Shown here: positions 9,733-19,656 of the stretch, piece by piece
Position numbering within the stretch: position 1 is the first letter of the stretch
Layout of the letters: each line of letters starts with the position of its first letter
Assembly (NCBI GenBank): GCA_963843575.1
Contig: CAWJKZ010000014.1
Span: 64,001 to 128,000 of the forward strand
Origin: an uncultured Acidobacteriota bacterium
GTDB lineage: Bacteria; Acidobacteriota; UBA6911
Direction of reading: 5' to 3'
DNA: 64,000 nucleotides
Notes under the pieces: generated by a model
The model's database searches: none
Seen by the model: the letters and a program-made list of their open reading frames with translations, nothing else
What the model was told of the DNA's origin: nothing
Made by a program: the position numbers and the translations under genes

Positions 9733-10434
9733 TCAACGGATGATCTTCAGGGTGCGCCGCCAACGTGTTTTGGTGAAGAAATTCAGGAACACGTCGAGGA
9801 ACTGTTTCGCCCGGTCCGAGATGCTGGTCTGGAGGTACTCGTCCCGCGGCGTATCGTACGACCAGTAGATAGCCAGCGCTTTGCCTATGATGTGATCGCG
9901 CGGCACGAATCCCCAGAAGCGGCTGTCCTGGCTGTTGTCGCGGTTGTCGCCCATGGCGAAGAACTGATCCTTCGGGACGTTAAAGGGCCCGTAGTGCTCG
10001 TAGATGCTTCCGGGGTCGATGTACTGCGTGTATTTTTCCGAGAGCGCCTTGCCGTCGATGTAGACGGTGCGCCCCACCATCTCGACCTTCTCGCCCGGCA
10101 GGCCGATGAGCCTCTTGACGTAGGCAACCTCCGGACCCTGCGGATACTTAAACACGATCACGTCGCCGCGCCTGAGATCCTTGTAGGGCAGGAGATTGGA
10201 GAGGAAACCCGAGTGGAAGCCGTATACGAACTTGTTGACCAGCAGGTGGTCTCCGATCAGCAGGTTGGATTCCATCGAACCGGTCGGGATCTTGAAAGCC
10301 TGCACGACGAACGTGGTGGCGAACAAAGCGATGATCGCGGTGATGACGATAGATTCGAAATACTCCCGCGTCGTGGATTTGCGGAATTCGACCTGGGGAC
10401 TGTCCAACCTGGGCTCCTCCTCGATAGCCTGCAA
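9733..10434 (-). CDS. lepB: Signal peptidase I
   Basis: IPTGSMESNL (catalytic Ser), YVKRLIGLPG (Lys) and GDNRDNSQDSRFWG motifs. Confidence 0.95.
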   Translation of the reverse strand: MQAIEEEPRLDSPQVEFRKSTTREYFESIVITAIIALFATTFVVQAFKIPTGSMESNLLIGDHLLVNKFVYGFHSGFLSNLLPYKDLRRGDVIVFKYPQGPEVAYVKRLIGLPGEKVEMVGRTVYIDGKALSEKYTQYIDPGSIYEHYGPFNVPKDQFFAMGDNRDNSQDSRFWGFVPRDHIIGKALAIYWSYDTPRDEYLQTSISDRAKQFLDVFLNFFTKTRWRRTLKIIR

Positions 10435-10719
10435 ACACTATCACATGCCGTCGGACCGCACAAGAAAGCCGGCGGTGCCCACGCTCCCTGCGGCCGAGGA
10501 TCCGGCTGATCCGGCAGCAGGGCGGCGACGGCGATCACTGCCGGGAGCGGCGCCGCAGAACCAGGCGCCTGGCGTCCCGCGTGGCAAGGAGTTCCCATCC
10601 AGCGCGCGACTGGTGAATGCCGCTCCGCCAACTTCAATATACAAATTCCTGCCCTGTGGCTCGCCGTGGATTTATGGGTTGGAATTCCGGATCTAAAACG
10701 AATAGAATCAGTAAAATTT

Positions 10720-10795
10720 GGGCGGTTAGCTCAGTTGGCAGAGCATCGGTTTTACAAGCCGGGGGTCGCAGGTTCAAGCCCTGCACCGCCCACCA
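10720..10795 (+). tRNA. tRNA-Val(TAC)
   Basis: 76-nt cloverleaf GGGCGGTTAGCTCAG...anticodon loop TTTACAA...GGTTCAAGCC...CCGCCCACCA. Confidence 0.95.
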
Positions 10796-10925
10796 CATTA
10801 CTGCCACACCATCTCCATCTTGCATCTGGCGGCAAAATCCCTGCCGATTCCTGAAACCTTTCGACGCGACCTGCCACCTACACAGCGTGACTGTTGGATG
10901 CGTTCAACCATGGGAGTTCCGGTGT

Positions 10926-11669
10926 ATGCGAAAACTATTCTATCGGTCCGGTTTAGCGTTGACGGTCGGATTGCTGGCGGGTGTCGCGTGCCTGGGCCAG
11001 GACTTTAACAAGACGTATGCGATCGGGACCGGCGGACACATCCGGATCGGCAATATCTCCGGCGACGTGAAGGTGTCGGGGTACAACGGTGACAGCATCG
11101 TGGTGGCCGGTTTCAGGGAAGGGAAGGATCGCGACCTGGTGAAAATCGAGGACCAGAGCAGCGGCGATCGGGTGGACATCCGGGTCAAGTACCCCGACAA
11201 CTGCAATTGCGACGCGAGCGTCAACTTCGAGGTTCGCGTGCCCCAAACCGTGGAATACAACTTCGACCGGATATCCTCCGTCAGCGGCAACGTGGACATG
11301 CGCGGTGTGACGGGCCGGGTGAGGGCCGAGAGTGTCAGCGGCGACGTAGAGGTGGTGGACGTTACGGGGATCGTCAGTGCCTCTTCGGTAAGCGGCGACG
11401 TGAACGTTTCCATCAATCGGCTGGTCGGGCCCGGGGATATGAAGTTCTCCTCGGTGAGCGGGAATGTATCGGTCAAGGCGCCGGCCAGTTTGGATGCCGA
11501 CGTCGAGATGTCCAGCGTCAGCGGCTCGCTCAAGACGGATTTCCCGATCGAGGTGCAGGAGCCCCGCTACGGTCCCGGCCGGTCTGCCCGGGGCCGTCTC
11601 GGTTCTGGGGCATGCAGCCTGCGGGTGACCACCGTTTCGGGGCGCGTCAGCCTGGGTCGCGCCAATTGA
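10926..11669 (+). CDS. DUF4097-family beta-strand repeat protein
   Basis: Signal peptide; repeated SVSG(D/N)V units; next to an ECF sigma/anti-sigma pair. Confidence 0.8.
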   Translation: MRKLFYRSGLALTVGLLAGVACLGQDFNKTYAIGTGGHIRIGNISGDVKVSGYNGDSIVVAGFREGKDRDLVKIEDQSSGDRVDIRVKYPDNCNCDASVNFEVRVPQTVEYNFDRISSVSGNVDMRGVTGRVRAESVSGDVEVVDVTGIVSASSVSGDVNVSINRLVGPGDMKFSSVSGNVSVKAPASLDADVEMSSVSGSLKTDFPIEVQEPRYGPGRSARGRLGSGACSLRVTTVSGRVSLGRAN

Positions 11670-11677
11670 GACTCGTC

Positions 11678-11711
11678 CCGTCGCCGGCTCCATTCAAGAA
11701 GCCGGCGACGG
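11678..11711 (+). terminator. Hairpin after the DUF4097 gene
   Basis: CCGTCGCCGGCT / AGCCGGCGACGG 12-bp stem. Confidence 0.45.
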
Positions 11712-11903
11712 CGATCCGGTAGCCCGCCGATGATCGTCCCTGCACTTCGTTCGCCCCTTGCTTTTTGCCGCAACCGCGTCCTAATCTTGGAGGGCGAAAG
11801 CACAAACTCCGACCAGGGAACCCGGCGTCCGGCCGCTTGCTCATTGGCGTGGGCGTCCAGCGGGCCGGGAGCGACGACTTGGCCGCAGCCGCGATGCGTC
11901 GGC

Positions 11904-12494
11904 ATGGACGAACGAGACAAAGAACTCGCCGCTGCGACGGTCCGGGCCCAGGCCGGCGACACGGAGGCCTTCCGTTACCTCTTCCTGCGCTACGCGAGGC
12001 CTGTTCTTTCTTTCGTCTACCACATCGTGGGCGATCGGCCTCGGGCGGAAGAGCTGACACAGGAGACCTTTATCAGGGCTTACCGCGGGCTCGGGGAAGT
12101 CCGCGACCCGGGGCGGTTTTCAACCTGGCTGTTCGGTATCGCCCGCAACGTGGTGCGGGAGTCGGCCCGTGAAAGCCACCGGCGGTCGCGCGACGTGGCG
12201 TTGGACGACCCCGTGGCGATATCGGTCTCGGACCGCCGCCCGGGGGCGGAAGAGGAGTTGGTTGCGGCTGAACTCGGCCGCACGATCCGCGGCGCGCTGT
12301 TGGGCCTGTCCGAGGATTTTCGGACCGTGTTCGTCCTGAAGGTCCTGCACCGGATGTCTTATGAGGAAATAGCATCCATAACCGGGTCGTCCGTTGGCAA
12401 ACTAAAAACGGACCTGCACCGGGCGCGCCTGGAAATGAGACGAAAGCTCCTGCCGTACTGGGAGCGCACCGGCAGAATCCGAGGTGAGTCATGA
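11904..12494 (+). CDS. ECF RNA polymerase sigma factor
   Basis: AEELTQETFIRAY, FSTWLFGIARN and SYEEIA...VGKLKTDLHRAR (regions 2 and 4). Confidence 0.9.
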   Translation: MDERDKELAAATVRAQAGDTEAFRYLFLRYARPVLSFVYHIVGDRPRAEELTQETFIRAYRGLGEVRDPGRFSTWLFGIARNVVRESARESHRRSRDVALDDPVAISVSDRRPGAEEELVAAELGRTIRGALLGLSEDFRTVFVLKVLHRMSYEEIASITGSSVGKLKTDLHRARLEMRRKLLPYWERTGRIRGES

Positions 12495-13183
12495 GTTGCG
12501 AAGCGATACGAAACCTGCTCGAGGACTACTGCTGCGGGGAGCTCGACCTCGCCGAGCGCGGCCGCGTCGAGGCGCACCTCTCCTCCTGTGCCGCGTGCTC
12601 GCGCGAGCTCAGGCCGTTGTCCGCAGAGGGGAGGCTGTATCAGGACTACCAGGAAGGGTTGGAGCGCGGCCTGCAGGTACCCACGGGGATGTGGCAGTCC
12701 ATCCGGGGAGCGATTCAACTGGAGCAGCCCGCTTCGGGCCTCTGGCACAGGATCGTGCGCGCCATCCTCCCCGCTTCCCCCGTGCTGCGTCAGACGGTTT
12801 TTGCCGCCGCCCTGATCGTGCTCTCCGTCGGTGCGACGCTGCTCGCGGTGCGCTATTACGGAAGCGGCAGCCCGCCGGAGAGGGCAGGGTTGCGCCCTGC
12901 GGCACAGCGGACCACGCTGGAGGATGCGCTGCGGTCGATCGAGCGCGCCGAGCAGGAGTACACGGACGCAATCCGGGTTTTGAGCGACATGGTGGACCGG
13001 CGCAAAGGCACGATGGATCCCCGGCTCGTGGCCGAGCTCGAGGCCAATCTCAGGGCTATCGACGAGAGCATCGCCGCTACGCGAAAGGCGTACCACGAGC
13101 ACCCGACGGACGCCGAGCTGGCGCACTACATGCTGGCTGCCTACAGCATGAAGGTGGAGCTGCTGCAGGAAATCACCTCGTAG
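12491..13183 (+). CDS. Zinc-finger (zf-HC2) transmembrane anti-sigma factor
   Basis: HLSSCAAC motif, one TM helix, ATGA overlap with the sigma gene. Confidence 0.85.
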   Translation: MSCEAIRNLLEDYCCGELDLAERGRVEAHLSSCAACSRELRPLSAEGRLYQDYQEGLERGLQVPTGMWQSIRGAIQLEQPASGLWHRIVRAILPASPVLRQTVFAAALIVLSVGATLLAVRYYGSGSPPERAGLRPAAQRTTLEDALRSIERAEQEYTDAIRVLSDMVDRRKGTMDPRLVAELEANLRAIDESIAATRKAYHEHPTDAELAHYMLAAYSMKVELLQEITS

Positions 13184-13196
13184 CAGCCCCGGGGAC

Positions 13197-13619
13197 TCAT
13201 TTGATGCGGAGCTTGATCGCGATCAGGATTTTGGCCTCTTCGATGTTCTTCTTCTCTGCGTAGACGACAGTCACACCCCTTATTTTGTTGTACTGTTTCC
13301 CGCTCTTGAATCGTCCCTTGAGCTCATCGGAGAGATCGCTTGACATAAGCGCTTCCTCGGCTCTCTCTGTGAAATAGAAAGTCGTCCTGAACGAACCGTC
13401 GATGATCGAAAGCCAAAAGATGGTCTTCTTCTTTTGGGTTACCTTGAGCAGCCAGCTCTTGCCATCCCGATAGTACCTCCACTCCGCGGCGAAATCGGGG
13501 TGATCGGCCCGGATGTGCTCGAAGAGCGAAACCCAGAGCACTTTGGCCCTTCCGATGTGCGAAAAGATGACCTCTTCCGACGGGAACTGACTTGCATCAG
13601 ACAAGACGGGCTGTTCCAT
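13197..13619 (-). CDS. DUF3788-like protein
   Basis: EWRYYRDGKSWLLK..KKKTIFWLS motif; lower GC than neighbours. Confidence 0.7.
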   Translation of the reverse strand: MEQPVLSDASQFPSEEVIFSHIGRAKVLWVSLFEHIRADHPDFAAEWRYYRDGKSWLLKVTQKKKTIFWLSIIDGSFRTTFYFTERAEEALMSSDLSDELKGRFKSGKQYNKIRGVTVVYAEKKNIEEAKILIAIKLRIK

Positions 13620-13709
13620 AAGAGACCTCCGGGATTCTTGGATCTCGAAGAATCGTAAAAATCAATCTTATAACTGCGATTCATGCAGTGCGCGAACCAG
13701 AAAACCGTT

Positions 13710-13787
13710 GGACGCGGGTTTGCTCCGACTTCGCACACGGATTAAACCAGCTGACCCACAGTGTAAATCCGCGAGAATCCGCGTCCC
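13710..13787. repeat. Short inverted-repeat element with internal ATCCGCG units (REP/MITE-like remnant)
   Basis: GGACGCGGGTT (13710) pairs with AATCCGCGTCC (13776); AAATCCGCG/GAATCCGCG 9-bp tandem. Confidence 0.4.
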
Positions 13788-13826
13788 TGCAAAGCCGTCG
13801 TGACAGCCTCTGAATCGCAGATTCCT

Positions 13827-15833
13827 CTAAACCGGGACCGGCTTAACCTCGAGGCGCGCGAGCGAGGCGGCCAGGGTGCGGCCGCTGCACGAGATCTGGA
13901 CCTCGGGGTACTCGTCGCCGGACGCGTTGACCAAAAGCAGGACTCGTCTGGTACCCAGGTCATAGTCGTAAACGGCGATGTTGGCCGTATTCCAGAGAAA
14001 CGTCGGGCAGTCGGCGCGCGCCGAATCCGCCACCAGCGACTGCAGGATTGCCTGGCGCACGGGATGCTGCAGGCCCTGGTAGGTGGCGGCGCGGCCATAG
14101 GGGAGCATGATCAGGCGTCCCCGGACCACGGCCATCCCGGGGCCGCTGCGCCCCCCGGAGGGGTTGCGCACCTCCGTGTGGACGACGGCTCCATCCGAGT
14201 ATTCGATGTTCAGGTAGTCGCCTGTTTCTGCCTGTGCCGTCAGCCTGGCGTCGCTGAGCCCGCAGTAGCGTTTCCCGTCGACGGCCTGCTCGTAGGAGGG
14301 TACGTCGGAGTCCGACGCCAGCCACTCCGCGCTCTTCACGCCGATCAACCCGCCGAGCCCCATGCGGTGCAGCGTCTGGATCGCGTCACCGTTGAGAAGC
14401 ACGACGTTGTTGGCCAGAAGGTCGCGTACCTGCTGCTCCTTCAGGCCACGGCAGTACTGACCCGAAATCGCCAGTACTGCTCCTTTCTGGCCGGACCAGC
14501 GGCGGTACGTATAGGCGATCCCCATGACGGCGAGGAAGCCTGCCCAGAAGTTCTCGTCCGGTGCAAGCTCGGCAAAGCTATCCCCCTTCTCGGTCTGGAT
14601 CGAGTATGAGGCATCGGGATTGAACAGCACCTGCACGCCCTTTTCGCGCCGCGGGTCGAGTCCGAGGTCGAGGAGCGACTGCGCCTTCGCCTTTGCCTGC
14701 ACGAGCGCGGGCGCGTAGCCCTCCTGCGCGATGACGCCGTTTCCGAACAGATCGAAAATGTCCATCGTAATGCCGGCCGGGCCGAGCGCCAGCGAGGACT
14801 CGATCTGGAAGCGGGTGAACGAGCGCGACTTGGAGAAGCGCGAATGCGGCCAGTTCTCCAGTTCGGGGTAGAGCTGTGTGTCAGGCGGCACGCTGGCGGC
14901 ACTCAGGCGCGAGATGCGGGAGAAATTCCAGAGGTAGTCGGCTGCCGTCACTTCCGCGTACGACGGGAGGTGCGGCCGGTTGACGGGCTCTTTTCCAGCG
15001 GCGAGGCCGCGCAGCACACCTTCCCAGTCCCGTCCCTCGATGGAGTGGGCCGCCGGCGACGAGCTCATGAGCCCGACTCGGGTTTCGGGGGAAACGCCGC
15101 GGACGGTCTCGCCCAGCAGCCGCGCGAGGTTAACCATCGCGTCGCGGCCCGTCTCCAGCCAGATGCGCCGGAAGGGGTGCGGTGCGCCCGGGCGGAGCAC
15201 GCCAGCGGCGAACTCGTCGCGGGTGAGTGGGCGGCCGGCGCGGCGGGAGTACTCCTTCATGTGCAGCTCACAGAAGCAGCCGCCCCACTGCAAGGGGGAG
15301 TGGTTGTGCAGGCGGAAGTCGTCGTCGACCCAGATGACCCGGGGCTGCAATCGGGCAAGGCGCTGGTAGTGCGCCCGCAAGTGTCCGTGCAGAGCAGGGC
15401 AGAGGGGGCAAGCCGTGGCGGACGCCTTCCGGCCGCGCGAGTCTACCATCGGCTGGAACGACTGGCTCGGCTTGAACGCACGGCCTCGGTCGGCGTGCAG
15501 CAGGACAACCCACGGGTTCAGCGAGGTCGTGACGCCTGCGGCCCCGAGCCGCGGCTTCGCACGTTCGACCATCTGAAGCCAGGGCTCAGCCTCCTCCGGG
15601 GTCGGGTGGCCGGTGTTCAGCTCTTCGGCCCACAGGATGAAGGCGACGTCGTCGATCTTCGCTTCACGGCAGAACGAGAGAAGCTCTTCGAGGCGCTCCT
15701 CCTCGTGTAACCCCGGTGCCATCGCGAAGCGCAGGATGTAACGGAAGGGCTCGGTCCGGGATTGAGGGACGGAGGCAACGGAAGCCAGGGCGCCGGCCAC
15801 CGGCAATGACATGCAGAATTCGCGTCTGTTCAT
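13827..15833 (-). CDS. Tat-exported hypothetical protein, probable glycoside-hydrolase-like TIM barrel
   Basis: MNRREF twin-arginine signal; IWVDDDFRL, GCFC..H and LYPELEN motifs; 668 aa. Confidence 0.6.
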   Translation of the reverse strand: MNRREFCMSLPVAGALASVASVPQSRTEPFRYILRFAMAPGLHEEERLEELLSFCREAKIDDVAFILWAEELNTGHPTPEEAEPWLQMVERAKPRLGAAGVTTSLNPWVVLLHADRGRAFKPSQSFQPMVDSRGRKASATACPLCPALHGHLRAHYQRLARLQPRVIWVDDDFRLHNHSPLQWGGCFCELHMKEYSRRAGRPLTRDEFAAGVLRPGAPHPFRRIWLETGRDAMVNLARLLGETVRGVSPETRVGLMSSSPAAHSIEGRDWEGVLRGLAAGKEPVNRPHLPSYAEVTAADYLWNFSRISRLSAASVPPDTQLYPELENWPHSRFSKSRSFTRFQIESSLALGPAGITMDIFDLFGNGVIAQEGYAPALVQAKAKAQSLLDLGLDPRREKGVQVLFNPDASYSIQTEKGDSFAELAPDENFWAGFLAVMGIAYTYRRWSGQKGAVLAISGQYCRGLKEQQVRDLLANNVVLLNGDAIQTLHRMGLGGLIGVKSAEWLASDSDVPSYEQAVDGKRYCGLSDARLTAQAETGDYLNIEYSDGAVVHTEVRNPSGGRSGPGMAVVRGRLIMLPYGRAATYQGLQHPVRQAILQSLVADSARADCPTFLWNTANIAVYDYDLGTRRVLLLVNASGDEYPEVQISCSGRTLAASLARLEVKPVPV

Positions 15834-15881
15834 AACGGCATTATATGGCCGTCGGCGGCGAGCGCCACCGGCCTTATTCGG

Positions 15882-16068
15882 GAGCCATACCGCAGTTTTA
15901 GAACCGCCTTTGAAACCGCCTGCAGGCGTGCTAACCTACGCGACGTCAAGCTGCGCCTTTTGCGGCACACGTTAGCCAGCCGGCTGGTGACGAAGCGCGG
16001 GTGGACCTGTGAATGGTTCAGGAACTGGGCGGCTGAAAGAGTTGAACATACTCCAGCGATACGCGCTT
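15882..16068 (+). pseudogene. Tyrosine integrase C-terminal remnant
   Basis: Translates as EPYRSFRTAFETACRRANL...LRHTLASRLV, then after a frameshift GVDL*MVQELGG*KS...LQRYA; stops and frameshifts present. Confidence 0.75.
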
Positions 16069-16082
16069 GTCATCGATGAGAT

Positions 16083-16158
16083 GGGCCGTTAGCTCAGTCG
16101 GCAGAGCATCTGCCTTTTAAGCAGAGGGTCGCTGGTTCGAGTCCAGCACGGCTCACCA
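16083..16158 (+). tRNA. tRNA-Lys(TTT)
   Basis: 76-nt cloverleaf; anticodon arm TCTGC-CTTTTAA-GCAGA; encoded CCA. Confidence 0.95.
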
Positions 16159-16526
16159 ATCTTTTCAATAGCTTACAGCCGCTACCAACATCACTCGAAG
16201 AGCCTTTCTAGGCACGGCTGCCGGTGGCGGTGCGGCGCTGCTGGCGGGCGTGGTTGGATCTCCGATTATAATAGGTCAAATGCATCTACGATTGCTGCAT
16301 CCACGCCACACCAGGCAAATTTCTCGTCTGGCGGGATGCCCCGCAGCGGGTCTTTGAGGCGCCTTGACGCTCGTCACCCTGCTGCTAAAGCCCACCCTGT
16401 GACCAGACCCGTCATTTTCTGGTTTACGGCAGGTCGAGGTAGGAAGAAACTCACGTTGTTTCTTTCACGCCTTGGAGGCCGCAGGCCGGGGGTGAAATCC
16501 GCGCCGCCAGGGTAACAGGAATCAGA

Positions 16527-18095
16527 ATGGACCAGAGAGCATCCTTGCGCCTTTGCAGAATCGCCGCCGTGGCCGCCATCACGTGCACCCTCTCGTCCTC
16601 TCCGTGGGCCCCCGTCTCCAAGGCTCAGGCTCCAAGAGACAGGATCGGGTATCACGAGGTGAAGACTGATGCCTCAGGGAAGATTGTGCCCTGGTATGGC
16701 ATAGTCCCCTCGGGGGCCTATGATCACGTAGTCCGGCTGGTCTTCAGTTTTTGGCTCGGAATGCGCAATTGCGCGAACGGCGTGCCGCTTTACCTGCAGC
16801 ATCAGGTATGGAAGGCTGACGTCGATGATGCGCGAGGGTTAGGCGGCGATCAGATACCTATGGCGCTGTCCTCGTGGAACCTGCTTTACGGTTATCTCGG
16901 CGACCCGGCGGTCAAGCAGAACATGGAGTTGATGGCAGACTACTGGTTGTCTCACGGCCTCTCCGGGCCGGACCTCCAGTGGCCGAACCTGCCCTATCCA
17001 TACAATACCGACCTGCATTCGGGGCAGTACGATGGCGACATGCGAGCGGGCAAGGGGTTCCTTCAGCCCGACAAGGCAGCAAGCTTCGGAGCCGAACTGG
17101 TCGTGCTTTACAAGATGACAGGCACCCGCAAATACCTGCACGCGGCGATATCGATCGCCAACACACTCGCGGCCAAAGCGAAAGCGGGTGATGGCGATAA
17201 TTCGCCCTGGCCCTATCGCGTTCATGCCGCCACCGGCGAAGTCCACAAGGAAACCAAAGACGGAAAGAGCTATGCGGCTACTTACACCTCAAACTATTCG
17301 GGCGCACTACGGCTCTTTGCGGAGCTGATCGCATTGAAACAGGGTCGGACCGGAGCCTATGCACAGGCTGCGAACATCGTGGCGGCGTGGCTCAAGGCTT
17401 ATCCCATCAATACGAACAAGTGGGGACCATTTTTCGAAGACATTCCAACATCCGCTTGGTCCGACACGGAAATTAATGCCGACACGATGGCCGAATACAT
17501 TCTGGACCATCCGGAATGGGATCCGGGCTGGCGCGAACAAGCCAAATCGGCTCTGGACTGGAGCTTTCACACGTTCGCGAACAACGAATACACACAATGG
17601 GGCGTCGTTCCGATCAACGAGCAGACGGCATACCAGGTGCCCGGCAACAGTCACACCTCCCGCCATGCCTCGGTCGAGCTGCTCTATTGCCAGAAGACGG
17701 GCGACTGCAGCCTTAAAGAGGAAGCCGTCCGCCGTCTGAACTGGGCCACTTACACGGTAGACACGGACGGCAAGAACCGCTACATCCGGGACGATATCTG
17801 GCTGACGGATGGATACGGCGACTACGTGCGCCACTACCTTCGTGCCATGGCATCGGCGCCAGAACTCGCTCCCGATAATCAGAACCACATATTGCGCACC
17901 AGCTCCGTTTTGCAGTCCATTCATTATGGCCTTGACAGGATCAGCTATACCAAGTTCGATGCCTCCTCGACAGAGGAGCTCAAGATGGCTTCCTGGCAGC
18001 CAAAGTCCGTCCGGGGCGGAAAGATGGAGTGGAACGCATCGAACAAGGTCTTGCGCATCCGGTCGGAGTCCCGTACGGTGACGCTGAATCGGTGA
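16527..18095 (+). CDS. Secreted hypothetical protein, possibly an alpha/alpha-toroid carbohydrate-active enzyme
   Basis: 522-aa ORF with signal peptide; rich in W/Y; LYKMTGTRKYLHAA helix-hairpin pattern. Confidence 0.6.
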   Translation: MDQRASLRLCRIAAVAAITCTLSSSPWAPVSKAQAPRDRIGYHEVKTDASGKIVPWYGIVPSGAYDHVVRLVFSFWLGMRNCANGVPLYLQHQVWKADVDDARGLGGDQIPMALSSWNLLYGYLGDPAVKQNMELMADYWLSHGLSGPDLQWPNLPYPYNTDLHSGQYDGDMRAGKGFLQPDKAASFGAELVVLYKMTGTRKYLHAAISIANTLAAKAKAGDGDNSPWPYRVHAATGEVHKETKDGKSYAATYTSNYSGALRLFAELIALKQGRTGAYAQAANIVAAWLKAYPINTNKWGPFFEDIPTSAWSDTEINADTMAEYILDHPEWDPGWREQAKSALDWSFHTFANNEYTQWGVVPINEQTAYQVPGNSHTSRHASVELLYCQKTGDCSLKEEAVRRLNWATYTVDTDGKNRYIRDDIWLTDGYGDYVRHYLRAMASAPELAPDNQNHILRTSSVLQSIHYGLDRISYTKFDASSTEELKMASWQPKSVRGGKMEWNASNKVLRIRSESRTVTLNR

Positions 18096-18240
18096 GAACC
18101 TCGCGCCCGTCGCCGAAAATCCGCAAGATGCGCGGCCATGACATCAAAACGTCGTACATGGTCCAGGACGGCGACAGCGCCAAGCCGCAAAGAAAGCAAG
18201 TTCAGAGGCGGCAGCGATTGCCATATCCGAACCGGAAGAA

Positions 18241-18465
18241 TTGCTATTGCTGGACGGCGCGTTGGGCCGTCTGGCGGAAATCGATCCGCGCCAATCCCAG
18301 ATCGTCGAACTGCGCTATTTTGCGGGCATGAGCATCGCTGAGGTGGCGGGCGTGCTGAGCGTTTCGGAGAGGACAATCCTGCGCGAATGGAAAGTCGCCA
18401 AGGCCTGGCTGCAGGCGGAACTCCCAAGAACAACGACGCCGCAAGCCCATAGGCAGCCAGCCTGA
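18241..18465 (+). pseudogene. ECF sigma factor region-4 fragment (ECF-type, TIGR02999-like)
   Basis: LDGALGRLAEIDPRQSQIVELRYFAGMS..E.A.VL.VSERT..REW..AKAWL; region 2 is missing. Confidence 0.75.
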
Positions 18466-18646
18466 GGCGGAGTCCCGGAGACGAAGACGATCTCCCGTCC
18501 ATTCGGACGCGCCCCGACCACTGGATCCCCGGCAGCCGCGTAGCCCCCTGCTTCCACGCCATGGCGGCGGGGGCCGGATGTCTTTGATGCCCGTGCGCTC
18601 CCTTGCATTCGCGGAATAAAAGTGCAAGAATGTGCCCGCTTTCTGC

Positions 18647-18723
18647 GTCCCCATCGTCTAGCCGGCCCAGGACACCGCGCTTTCAATGCGGTAACACGGG
18701 TTCGAATCCCGTTGGGGACGCCA
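18647..18723 (+). tRNA. tRNA-Glu(TTC)
   Basis: GTCCCCATCGTCTAG...CCGCG-CTTTCAA-TGCGG...GGTTCGAATCC...GGGGACGCCA. Confidence 0.95.
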
Positions 18724-19410
18724 TGCTTTTTCAAGCACTCCTCAGCCTCGTTCGGCCCCGCCGGCTCGGTAACGTTCTGGTAACGTAAGCCCCCAAAACT
18801 GAGTCCAGTCCACGCACCGCAGCGCCAAGATACTGTTTCGACAGATGCTTTGTGGCCGAGTGGCAGAGCCACTCTGTGAATGGTCCGCGCCTTTGATGCG
18901 CGGGAGATCGTTCGTCCTGGGCCGACAGAATGGCCCCCTGCTTTTGAATTGTCCCGATTCCGGAGGCCCATCGGGCTGCGCCGTCTCGTTCTCGATCACG
19001 AGCACCTTGGGAGCGTATCTTTGGCGGCCTTCGAGTACGCCCGCCCTTTCATGAGGCACACGAGAGCCGCCCGGATTCTGTTTCTGGGCGTCTGCCATGA
19101 GGTCATCTGGTCCGTCAGGGTGGGCAGGGGTAATAAGCTATCCCAGAACCTCGGCCTCCTGGCTTGAGTTTACCGAATTCCAGCAATGACCTTGTTGGCC
19201 GTGAGGGTGTACTCTCAGGACAAGGCAGGCTTCGTCGCGGCACAAAAGGGGACTACGCTCAACGTGAAGCTCATCCCCAAGCTGCTCGCCGCTCCGCGGA
19301 AAGCCCAGTATGCGGCGGGCCGACCACGAAGGGGCGACAACCCACCACAATGGTGCCCGTCACGCCTTGTCACCGAGAAAAAGGAGCCTCACGGGCAGGA
19401 GATCGATGAA

Positions 19411-19656
19411 ATGACAGAATTCAAATGGGAAGACGTGGAGGTCGAAAAGTCCTACCCTAACCTCCCCGGGGACTATGACAGTCATGAACCCGCAATTAGA
19501 CGCGCCAAAGTGCCAGGGGGATGGTTCATTACGAGTCGGTCCTACGGCTCGCACACGCCGATTGGATTCTTTTACCCGGATCCGAAACACGAGTGGGATG
19601 GCGGGACCCTTCATTGTGCTCGGCTGGCGGCTGTATCTGCCGGAGAGTTGGGCTAA
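19411..19656 (+). CDS. Small hypothetical protein (RAKVPGGW...FYPDP.HEW motif) whose 3' end is fused to IS DNA
   Basis: ATG after CAGGAG; the C-terminus runs into the IS701 fragment at about 19610. Confidence 0.5.
   Translation: MTEFKWEDVEVEKSYPNLPGDYDSHEPAIRRAKVPGGWFITSRSYGSHTPIGFFYPDPKHEWDGGTLHCARLAAVSAGELG

Noticed and set aside
18742-19400. Short ORFs downstream of tRNA-Glu
   Set aside because: No recognisable motifs or start signals; probably decayed island DNA
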